A stretch of 59,260 nt of DNA, filler included, from Squatina squatina (Eukaryota): NCBI GenBank assembly GCA_031763465.1. It is 3 parts of 3 records of this genome, joined end to end, with 100 filler letters (N's around TTAATTAATTAA, not from the genome) between each part and the next. Parts side by side here need not be neighbours in the genome. Positions count along the whole stretch, not along the records: positions 43,125 to 59,260 come from JARFOE010000176.1; 2 more parts are not named here. One strand, written 5' to 3'. Numbering within the stretch: the first letter of the stretch is position 1; every line of letters begins with the position of its first letter. Below are positions 50,381 through 59,260 of the stretch, in pieces. The notes below the pieces were generated by a model. It ran no database searches and was not told the DNA's origin. It worked only from the letters and a program-made list of their open reading frames with translations. Made by a program: the position numbers and the translations under genes.

Positions 50381-52419
50381 GCTCTCAGACTCGGAGCAAA
50401 GACTGACCAATCCAGCGGCCTGGTTAGACATGGCTACCGTCGCTACATTAAGTTCACTGTGGATTCATTTCTCCCTTCCGTAATCGGACAGTGAATGCGT
50501 AAGGATTTACACCCGCCCGTATCAGCCCTTTTTAACTATCATGGAATGAGGTTGGGGGAGGGGGGTGAATCAGCAATCATTTTAAGTATTAACAATTTTT
50601 CACATGATACTGTATGTTTAAAAAAAAGCACTTTAAGTATTGACAGTGGAGCATCTGACAAGGTTGAAATCATGTTCTGGGTTCTAAATGCGACGTCACT
50701 AATCAATAAGGAGAGTTAGGTTAGACATGGGTCTTTCAACTCTGACTTCTTGGCCCTGCTCCAGCCCAGGGCTGTTGAGATGGAAGCTTCTTGGTTGTAA
50801 TGGTGAAATGAATTAGAAAATGCCGGAATCCAGTTGTAGTGAGCATCACCTCACAACAAAATCAAAAAAGACGCACTCCTTAATTTGGCATTAACCCGCT
50901 GTGGCAGGTCAGAGGCTGGGTATTCTGCAGTGAGTGTCTCACCTCCTGACTNNNNNNNNNNNNNNNNNNNNNNNNNNNNNNNNNNNNNNNNNNNNNNNNN
51001 NNNNNNNNNNNNNNNNNNNNNNNNNNNNNNNNNNNNNNNNNNNNNNNNNNNCATTTTAATAGACAGCAAAATGGTTAAAACCGCGGAGGTAGGCGTGTTC
51101 TGTAATTCACAATGCTCCTTTTCAGCATCACATGGACTTACTTCTTGCAGTTTTCAAAAAGGTGGCATGACAGTAGTACAGCTTGTCTGCACTAAATCAT
51201 ATCCCCTGATGCTATTCTAACCACAAGGAGCAGAAACCAAATAGAGAAGGCAGCAAACCGAAAACATTAACGGCTACTCTCTTGTTAAGTTTCAGTAATG
51301 GACTGGCTCGTTTTCCCCCCAGACGACTTGCTTACAAAGCAAAATGTGAAGACCCAGCAACAGCCTGGTTTTAATTTGACATCAGGTCAAGCATTGCACC
51401 ATATCAGGGTTACTCAAGCTCAGCTTCATTAAGGAGTCTTAAATCTCAATTTCTAAATTAACATTTTAATTTAAACATGTTTTGCAAAGTTGGCATTGCA
51501 GGCATTCAATTTGAAGTAGGAAAATGACTGATTTTTATTTATTTATTTTTTAAATAGAAAAACCCATTAACATTTTGATGATCTGTTTGCTTACAAAAAC
51601 TGATAGGAAGATATGGGTTTGGTTTTTAAAAGGAAAAAAGTCAGTGTAAAATATCATGAAATCCAAAATTTCCAGCGTTATTTCAAAATCTCGGGCTGTC
51701 AAAATTATGCAGACCATGCCATCTATGGCAGGACAGCAAAATTATTTTACTTGGAAAGAAACCCTGGCAGGGAAGGTGGACTCCTGAAAAGACGAGGGGG
51801 GATAAAAAAGGCAGCAAGCAGAAACTAAATTTGTGAGACAGTGTTTTTTCCAGATTAAAAATACTTGGCAACAGATGACTAGACTGAAAGGGTAATTTTT
51901 TTACAATATCAGGCTCCCTGCACATTAAAAATAAAAATTGATAGTGAGCGCAAGCCTTTTGGGAGCGTGACTTTGTAAAGTTGTTCCCTTAAAACCTGAA
52001 CTAAATTTCTTCTGAAGGCTACAAGTAAAATAAGACTAAAATGTTGAGGTCCAGAGATAATAGTAAAGCTTTTAAAATTATCTCTAAGACTGTGCCAACA
52101 TTGGTTTCGTAACAGGTCCATTATTCAACCAATCTCCCACTATAGTTATAGTATGGTCAATAGGCATTATTCTCTTCATATTATTCTTTGACAACCATTC
52201 TACCAGTTGTACATTAACAAGATGTATTTGTTTTTTCCTCCTTTTTTCAGTCCTTTGTCTCCCAATATTCTTTCCTGTGATTGCTTTCCATTTTTGAATC
52301 ATCACTCTCTTTGATCGATTAGTTTTCTTTTATCCTGTCGTGGAATTCAATAAAACCCCTCCTGATTCTAATCTAATAGGGTTCATGTCGAGGATTACTT
52401 TTTAATCACAGGAGCATTG

Positions 52420-52655
52420 CCTCACTGGTTGCACACTCGCCTGAGTCAGAAGATTGTAGGTTCAGATTTGACCCCAGAGACTTGAGCATAAAATCCAGGC
52501 TGATACTTCAGTGATGAGGGAGGTGCCGTCTTTCAGATGAAGCATTAAATTGAGGCCCTGTCTGCCCTCTTCGGTGGGTGTAAAAGATCCTATGGCACTA
52601 TTTGAAGCAGACTAGGGGAGTTCTCCTGGCAATATTTATCCCTCAACCAACAAAT
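52420..52655 (+). mobile_element. DeuSINE (SacSINE1-like), 5' portion
   Basis: actcgcctgagtcagaag...ggttca...gtaaaagatcctatggcactatttgaag...caatatttatccctcaaccaac. Confidence 0.82.
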
Positions 52656-52772
52656 TTATCAGGAAATTTAACNNNNNNNNNNNNNNNNNNNNNNNNNNNN
52701 NNNNNNNNNNNNNNNNNNNNNNNNNNNNNNNNNNNNNNNNNNNNNNNNNNNNNNNNNNNNNNNNNNNNNNNN

Positions 52773-53120
52773 GGACTTGGTGCGAGTTAGGACGTGGGCA
52801 GCTGAATTTTGGATGACCTTAAATTTATGGAGGGTGTAAGGTGGGAGGCCAGCCAGGAGTGTGTTGCAATAGTCAAGTCTAGAGGTAACAAAGGCATGAA
52901 TGAGAGTTTCGGCAGCAGATGAGCTGAGGCGGGGCGTAGACGGGCGATGTTACGGAGGTTGAAATAGGGGGTCTTAGCAATGGCGCTGATAATGTGGTCG
53001 GAGGCTCATCTCGGGATCAAATACAGCACCAAGATTAGGAATAGTCTGGTTTAGCCTCAGACTGTGGCCGGGGAGATGGATGGAGTCGGTGGCTAGGGAA
53101 CAGAGTCTGTGGCGGGGGAC
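52773..53120 (-). mobile_element. L2 LINE ORF2 fragment
   Basis: Minus-strand translation ...LATDSIHLPGHSLRLNQTIPNLGAVFDPEMSLRPH... plus the A.VTSRLDYCN region (ttgcaatagtcaagtctagaggtaacaaaggcatg). Confidence 0.85.
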
Positions 53121-53150
53121 TGTCTTCATTGTTCTTCTTTGTTGTTTCAG

Positions 53151-53577
53151 GGTCTGCAAGCGCACTGTAACAACTGTGCTCTGGTCACCAGCTCCGGGCA
53201 CCTGATCGGGAGCCGGCGGGGAGCTGAGATCGACCGGGCAGAGTGTGTCATAAGGATGAACGACGCACCGACGCGGGGCTACCAGGAGGACGTGGGCCGG
53301 AGGACCAGTCTCCGGGTGGNNNNNNNNNNCGGGTGGTTGCTCACTCCAGCATCCAGCGGCTGCTGCAGAAGGGCGGCGAGCTGCTCAATGCCAGCCAGGC
53401 CCCGGCCTTCATCTTCTGGGGCCCCAGCAGCTGCATGAGGAGGGACGGCAAGGGCCGGCTCTACAACCAGCTGCAGCTCATCCATCGCATCCTGCCCAGG
53501 CTGAAGCTGCACACCATCACGCGGCAGAAGATGCTGCACTTTGATGAACTCTTCGAGAGAGAGACCGGGAAGGACAG
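53151..53577 (+). CDS. ST6GALNAC5: Internal coding exon (sialylmotif L) of an ST6GalNAc V-like sialyltransferase; interrupted by a 10-N assembly gap
   Basis: Acceptor ttgttgtttcAG| at 53149-53150 (phase 0) and donor AG|GTACAG at 53578 (phase 2). Translation GLQAHCNNCALVTSSGHLIGSRRGAEIDRAECVIRMNDAPTRGYQEDVGRRTSLRV[gap]VAHSSIQRLLQKGGELLNASQAPAFIFWGPSSCMRRDGKGRLYNQLQLIHRILPRLKLHTITRQKMLHFDELFERETGKDR. TSSGHL, AHSSIQR and FIFWGPSSxMRRDGKG are ST6GALNAC5-type. Confidence 0.93.
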
Positions 53578-53614
53578 GTACAGACGGAATGTGCAAAAGC
53601 AGGACGTCCCGTTC

Positions 53615-53726
53615 GTCCATCACTCACCCCGCTGTGCTCGCTGACCTACATTGGCTCCCGGTCTGGCAATGCCTCAGTTTTTTTAAAAAATTCGCATCCT
53701 CATGTTCAACTCCCTTTCTCTATCTC
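53615..53726 (+). mobile_element. L2 LINE fragment
   Basis: AVLADLHWLPV motif, similar to 41257-41370. Confidence 0.75.
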
Positions 53727-53826
53727 NNNNNNNNNNNNNNNNNNNNNNNNNNNNNNNNNNNNNNNNNNNNNNNNNNNNNNNNNNNNNNNNNNNNNNNNNN
53801 NNNNNNNNNNNNNNNNNNNNNNNNNN

Positions 53827-54102
53827 TTCCCCTTAGCTCAGGGGTCAATGAGCAGGGGACATAGATTTAAAGTAATTGGTCGAAGGATTGGAGGGGAGGT
53901 AAGGAGAAATGTCTTCACCCACAGGGTGGTGGGGGGCTGGAACTCACTGCCCGAGACAGAAACCCTCATCGCATTTAAGAAATACTTGGATATGCACTTG
54001 AAGTGCCTTAACCAATAAGGCTACGGACCCAGGCTGGATCGCTCTTTGTCAGCCAGACACGATGGGCCGAATGGCCTCCTTCCGTGCTGTAAATTTCTAC
54101 GA
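53827..54102 (+). mobile_element. CR1 (HER1-like) 3' end
   Basis: ggggacatagatttaaagtaattgg...ggaactcactgcc...gatgggccgaatggcctccttccgtgctgtaaatttcta. Confidence 0.85.
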
Positions 54103-54355
54103 TTTGGATGTGAAGGGGTAAGGGGCAGTCTTCAAACCCCACAATTCTTTTGTTCCTGCAATGGGTTACGACGGGAGTGAGCTTAAGGGACATACTGGAA
54201 AACAAGGGGACAATCGGCGAGACTGAGGAAACCTGACACTGGACCCCTGGGCAGGTCACAACACACCATAACGCAAGAACCAAGGGCCATTTTTGGACTG
54301 TTGAAGACAGATATACCAGCACTGGTGCACTGTGAAACACCACAGCAGACCTTAC

Positions 54356-54795
54356 AGAAAGAATGCAAGAATTAGGAGGGGTAGGCCGTTCGGCCCCTCG
54401 AGCCTGCTCCACCAATCAATAAGATTACAGCTGATCTTCAACCTCAACTCCACTTTCCCGCCTGATCCCCATATCCCTCGATCCCCCAGAGTCCAAAAAT
54501 CTATCGATCTCAGCCTTGAAAATACTCAAGGACTGAGCCTCCACAGCCCCCTGGGGTAGAGAATTCCAAAGATTCACAACCCTCCGAGTGAAAAAAATTT
54601 CTCCTCATCTCAGTCGACCCCTTATTCTGAGACTATGCCTCCTAGTTCTGGACTCCCCAGCCAGGGGGAAACATCCTCTCCGCATCGACCCTGTCAGTCC
54701 CCCTCAGAATCTTTTATGTTTCAATGAGACCACCTCTCATTCTTCTAAACTCGAGTGTAGGCCCAATCTACTCAATCTCTCCTCGTAGGACAGCC
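54356..54795 (-). mobile_element. CR1 LINE 3' portion
   Basis: aggaggggtaggccgttcggcccctcgagcctgctcc...aaaaatctatcgatctcagccttgaa...tgtttcaatgagaccacctctcattcttctaaactc, the reverse complement of the 38376-38626 type. Confidence 0.88.
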
Positions 54796-54799
54796 CGAA

Positions 54800-54895
54800 A
54801 GCCTTGCATTTCAATAGCGCCTTTCCCAACCTCAGGACCTCCCAAAGCACTTTACAGCCAATGAAGTACTTTTGAAGTGTGGTCACTGTTGCAAC
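54800..54895 (-). mobile_element. DeuSINE 3' tail fragment (a second tail fragment lies at about 55263-55360 in the 3'UTR)
   Basis: cttgcatttcaatagcgcctttcccaacctcaggacctcccaaagcactttacagccaatgaagtacttttgaagtgtggtcactgttg. Confidence 0.8.
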
Positions 54896-54934
54896 ATATG
54901 AACCTCCATGATGACTTCTTTTTTTCTTATTTAG

Positions 54935-55169
54935 GGACCCTTCTCACCATCCGGTGCCATACCATTACTACGAGCCTTCGGGAATTGACGAGTGCACGAT
55001 GTACATCTCGCACGAGCTCGCTCGCAAGGGGAGCCACCATCGGTTCATCACGGAGAAGCACGTGTTCGCCAGATGGGCAAGGAGGTACAACATCCACTTC
55101 CGCCAGCCGGAGTGGGAGCCGGAGTCAGTGTCCGCCAATCACACGGAGAGCGAGGCGAGGCGGAGATGA
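54935..55169 (+). CDS. ST6GALNAC5: Terminal coding exon of an ST6GalNAc V-like sialyltransferase
   Basis: Acceptor ttttttcttatttAG|G at 54933-54934 (phase 2). Translation DPSHHPVPYHYYEPSGIDECTMYISHELARKGSHHRFITEKHVFARWARRYNIHFRQPEWEPESVSANHTESEARRR*, TGA at 55167-55169. Contains sialylmotifs III and VS; KGSHHRFITEK is ST6GALNAC5-type. Confidence 0.93.
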
Positions 55170-55790
55170 AGAATTCCAAGCGCGCGTCGCGCGTGACCTT
55201 AACCAATCAGCTGAGCCGCCGAGCTCGAGGGACTGTCGTTTTTTTTTAAATCGCCTTCCCATGAAAGAAAGAACAAACTTGCGTTTATATAATGCCTTTC
55301 GCAACCTCACGGCCAATGAAACACTTTTGGAAGTGTCGCCACTGTGGTCGCGTAGGGAAATGACTGAGCAGATTACTAGATGGCTGCTTTTTGCAGGTCG
55401 CTCAGTTCCAACCGCACGTTCATCCCAGTAAACAGAGCAAAGGGACCTTCGAGGCAGCGGTCCCTTCAGATCCGGGTCAACAGCGGCTGATTTTTTTAAA
55501 GAAAAAGAGTAAACGACGTTTGATTTATTACCACCGACTTTATTAATCTTGCAGCCTTTACAACCCTTGCACTTTTTTTTAAATTATATGTGACGGTCCC
55601 TTCGCAATCGCTGACCTGTAATATTATTTGTATTGAAGGCAATTTAATATCCCACTGGGCTCCCAACGCGTCACTCTTGAACTTTTGCTGACATTTTAAC
55701 CAAATACCGCGGGCAACTCGAGTTGTAGCGACTAATTAATCTTCCTGTGTGTCGAGGACTCCTTGCGCTGTGGGAAAGTACTGGCAGAAG

Positions 55791-55796
55791 AATAAA
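55791..55796 (+). terminator. Candidate polyadenylation signal (AATAAA) for the ST6GALNAC5-like gene
   Basis: AATAAA about 620 bp after the stop codon in gap-free sequence, just before a CR1 insertion. No transcript evidence. Confidence 0.3.
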
Positions 55797-55842
55797 AGTA
55801 CATGGGGTGAAACTCAGCTCAGGCGTCTACTGCTTTGAGGTT

Positions 55843-56368
55843 AGGAATATCAGAAAGAGGCCATTCAGTTAGATCATGGCTGATCTGTATCTCAACTCCA
55901 TCTCCCCGCCCTGGTACCATTATACCATAACACTCTTGCCCACCAAAGATCTGTCAATCTGCGTTTTGAAATTTTCAGTTGATCCCCAGCCTCAACGTCT
56001 TTTTGGGGGGGAGAGAGTTCAAGATTTCCACCATCCTTTGTGTGAAGAAGTGGTTCATGACATCACCACTGAACGGTCTCACTCGAATTTTAAGGTTAAC
56101 CCTTGTTCCAGATTCTCCCACCAGAGGAAATGGTTTTTCTCTCTACCCTATCAAACTCTTTAATCCTCTTAAACAGTCTATCCTTCCTGATGTGCGATGC
56201 CCAGAACTGGTTGCAGTAATCCAGATGGAGCCTGACCAGAGCTTTATACAACTGTAACTTAACTTCTGCCCCTTTGTATTCCAGCCCCCTTAAGATAAAG
56301 GCTAACATTCCATCAGCCTTTTAAATTATTTTTTGTACCTGCCCACTAACTTTTAGGGATTTCTGTAC
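55843..56368 (-). mobile_element. CR1 LINE 3' portion with an internal deletion
   Basis: Minus-strand translation MLAFILRGLEYKGAEVKLQLYKALVRLHLDYCNQFWASHIRKD matches CR1 LYK.LVRP.LEYC.QFW.P...KD. Confidence 0.88.
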
Positions 56369-57229
56369 NNNNNNNNNNNNNNNNNNNNNNNNNNNNNNNN
56401 NNNNNNNNNNNNNNNNNNNNNNNNNNNNNNNNNNNNNNNNNNNNNNNNNNNNNNNNNNNNNNNNNNNNCAAACTGGGTGCCCGCGAATCGTAGCTCGTCT
56501 TACCCTTTGCACGATTTTGATATTGGTGGAAAGGGAATCGGGTGTAAAATGGGCTGCTGATTCGCTACCACCCACAACTAGCTTATACCCACCCGCCCCA
56601 TGGTGCCTGCCCTGTTACTATGTGAACCTATACTTCCACCCTTTCTCCTCCCCTGTTGGGCATCGGAATTGCGGTGGTGAAGAGAGGCAGATGAGCGAGG
56701 GGAGCAGGGGCTGGGGAAAGGGGACGAGTGGGGGTGGGTGCAGGGGCGAGGGCTCTGAGCCCCAGCTGTTCGGCCTGTTTGCACTTGTATTCTCACTAGT
56801 TTGAATTTCTGTGGGCCTGGAGGTTTAGTGAAGTGGCTGTTCTTGGTGCTGTTGCCTCACTGGTGGATGAAACCAACTTTTGCTTCCACCAGTGTAAATG
56901 CAAAATGCACCCACATTAGCGGCAGGTCCGGGCAACATTAGCTCATTTAAATAGGGTAATGTTGCAGGTTTGAGCCACGCCCACTGGCTGCCACTTGGGA
57001 AAGGTGGGTTCACTGCCCCCGATTTGCATATATTTGGGGGAGGGCTTCTCACTCAGAACATCAGCTCTAAATGTTTTGTTGTTTAAAGGCACAGCATTAA
57101 TTCTGGGATAACCCGGGAGTACTAACAACGAGACATGTCTGAGGATTTTGATCCTCACCGAGCTCTGCTGTGAATGGGGCTCAACAGCTTCCTCAAAACA
57201 GTGGCAGCAACAGCAACCGCAACCGAGTG

Positions 57230-57450
57230 TCAGCCGTGGCTCAGTGGGCAGCACCCTCACCTGAGTCAGAAGGTCACGAGTTCAAGTGCCACTCCAGAGA
57301 CTTGAGCACATAATCTAGGCTGACACTCCAGTGTGGCACTGAGGGAGCCTTTCGCTCGAGACGATAAACCGAGGTCCCGTCTGCTCTGTCAGGTGGGCGC
57401 AAAAGATCCCACAGCACTATTTTGAAGAAGAGCAGGGAGCGTTCTGCCCC
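57230..57450 (+). mobile_element. DeuSINE (SacSINE1-like), 5' portion
   Basis: gtcagccgtggctcagtgggcagcaccctcacctgagtcagaaggtcacgagttcaagt...aaaagatcccacagcactattttgaagaagagcaggg. Confidence 0.85.
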
Positions 57451-57674
57451 ACTCAGCCTGACAGCGGAGGAGAGGCTTTGGAGAGGTTAGCGTGCTCACC
57501 AAAGTTCCCTCTAAGCTGTGCGGCTGTCTGCTAGTCCCGCGCAGCCCAGGACCGGCTTCCTTCATTGGGAAATTTCTCACATGTGCGAAACTTCGAATGG
57601 GCCGCACAGCCCGTTAAAGGGGTCGCGCACCCAAACAGAAAAATGAGGGGGAACATTGTGCTCACCCATGTCAA

Positions 57675-57955
57675 TGGTTGCAGACAAGTCGAGAAAGATG
57701 AGGAGGAATACCATAGTCACATAGGATGTCAGTTGCAACTTCTATTATGGTAGGTTCAGTGCTGACGCAGGTGCAGTGATTGTAGGGATTCAAACACGGA
57801 TTCAAGCAGGAAAGACTGGCACTGATTTGGGAGGCGACAACACATACAAGGACTTTGGCGAGGAAAGGGAGGTTGGAGATGGGGCAGTAGTTTGCATGGG
57901 CAGAGGGGGTCAAGGGTTGGTTTTTTGAGGAGAGGGGTGATGATGCCAGATTTGA
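57675..57955 (-). mobile_element. L2 LINE reverse transcriptase fragment
   Basis: Minus-strand translation ITPLLKKPTLDP...ANYCPISNLPFLAKVL..VVASQI...STE, the RT N-terminal NYRPIS motif. Confidence 0.85.
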
Positions 57956-58380
57956 NNNNNNNNNNCGAACCGGTATAACAGGCAGACAAGACCTACTTTC
58001 CAGCTCCGTCTCTGGATCCATTGTGTGAAGTAAAAATCACAGATAGATATAGTATTTTGAGCCCATCAGCAGAAACTTCAGATAAGTACGTGCATGATGT
58101 GGTGAAACAGAATCCTTTTAAAGAATGGATGGGCCCTGGAGTTAAATCAACTGCTACAGCATTTAAAAAGTGAAGGTTTAATCATACCTGATGAATTATC
58201 TGTGCCACAGCAAGCTGATCCACGTATTTCAGAGCTCGAGCTGTCTGGCTCTCTGGGAAGTGGCTAAAAATAAACACAGANNNNNNNNNNNNNNNNNNNN
58301 NNNNNNNNNNNNNNNNNNNNNNNNNNNNNNNNNNNNNNNNNNNNNNNNNNNNNNNNNNNNNNNNNNNNNNNNNNNNNNNN

Positions 58381-58523
58381 AACCTTCTCTGCTCCAAGGA
58401 GAACAACCCCAGCTTCTCCAGTCCCTCCACGTAACTGTAATCCCTCATCCCTGGAACCATTCTGGTAAACCTCCTCTGTGCCTTCTCTGGAGCTTCCAGG
58501 TCCTTCCTAAAGTGCGGTGCCCA
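58381..58523 (-). mobile_element. CR1 LINE fragment
   Basis: Minus-strand translation MVPGMRDYSYVEGLEKLGLFSLEQRR. Confidence 0.85.
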
Positions 58524-59069
58524 TTCACAGCTGCCCTTTCCCCCTTCTCTGTGGAAATGTTACTTTTTGCAAACCAATGCTTCAGCGTGAGATGTCACTG
58601 TCATCAGAGCGAAGGGAGAGAAAAAAAACCAAGCAGATCATTCCGGAAGAATTAAATAGTGAGAAAAAAAAAATGGGAAACTCTCTTTGACAAGGCGATA
58701 ACGTGTGAAAGATTAGATTTCAAACACGCACAGCTATTGTGTCAGGGGAATAACACCACTTGGCATTTGTTGAAATAAGGGTCGGAAAACACACATAATA
58801 AGCAGCCCTGCATTAGGCTAATGAATGAGGATCACAGTTTCAACTATTAATGGTGCAAATGGAGGGAGTAGGTGAGACTTATTTGCTTGAACTGGACTAT
58901 GTTTGAATCAGTTCATCTCTTTGCCTCTGAGAGACCCAAGCGTAAGAAAGCCTGTGTGGGGAAACCATCAACCCTAACCCGTTGGTACAATTCACTCATC
59001 CATTGATTTACACTTCCCATTTAAACTTTCCACCATTTTCATTTGACATTATTTACTCCTACTGGACTT

Positions 59070-59260
59070 CTAATTCCCATCCTTGTCTTCAAATCCCCTC
59101 TGTGGCCTCGCCCCTCCCTATCTCTCTGACCTCCTCCAGCCCACCAACTCTCGGAGATCTCTGCGCTCCTCTAATTCTGGCCCCTTGCGCATCCCCGATT
59201 TTAATCGCTCCACCATTGGCCCCGAGCTCTGGAATTCCCTCCCTACACCTCTCCGCCTCT
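59070..59260 (+). mobile_element. L2 LINE 3' fragment running off the window end
   Basis: Closely similar to 41315-41522 (ccctccctatctct...ctgcgctcctctaattctggcc...ctctggaattccct). Confidence 0.82.

Noticed and set aside
54310-54335. TSTGAL peptide as the missing sialylmotif-S exon
   Set aside because: Followed immediately by TGA, lacks the WFT/C/VYG residues, and has no suitable acceptor.
54877-55431. 184-aa ORF and other overlapping or antisense ORFs over the ST6GALNAC5 exons
   Set aside because: Alternative-frame shadows of GC-rich coding exons that run into SINE sequence.
57232-57300. tRNA gene (A/B-box-like motifs)
   Set aside because: It continues directly into the SINE body, so it is a tRNA-derived SINE head rather than a tRNA.

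Overview
Eukaryotic, repeat-rich vertebrate DNA, most likely from a cartilaginous fish (shark-type CR1/HER1-like LINEs, Deu-domain SacSINE1-like SINEs, Penelope and Harbinger relics). It is a heavily gapped scaffold: 37 gaps of 100 bp (two containing a TTAATTAATTAA linker), one 471-N gap and five 10-N gaps. The only host protein-coding sequence I can support is a + strand tandem pair of GT29 alpha-2,6-sialyltransferase genes. These are the terminal exon of an ST6GALNAC3-like gene (50197-50380) and two exons of an ST6GALNAC5-like gene (53151-53577, sialylmotif L; 54935-55169, motifs III/VS). The sialylmotif-S exons of both genes and the 5' exons of ST6GALNAC5 are not visible and probably lie in gaps. 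Bases 1-50196 look like intronic/intergenic DNA with transposon debris. That debris includes a hAT MITE with a perfect 8-bp TSD, a two-gene Harbinger relic, an apparently intact Harbinger Myb/SANT exon, a Penelope end with a minimal hammerhead-ribozyme motif, an LTR-retrotransposon 3' end, RTE/Tx1/L2/CR1 fragments, and a 17/19-bp minisatellite with higher-order structure. I found no convincing novel multi-gene system, and almost all ORFs in the supplied track are spurious. All calls are from reading the sequence by eye, so repeat boundaries are approximate.
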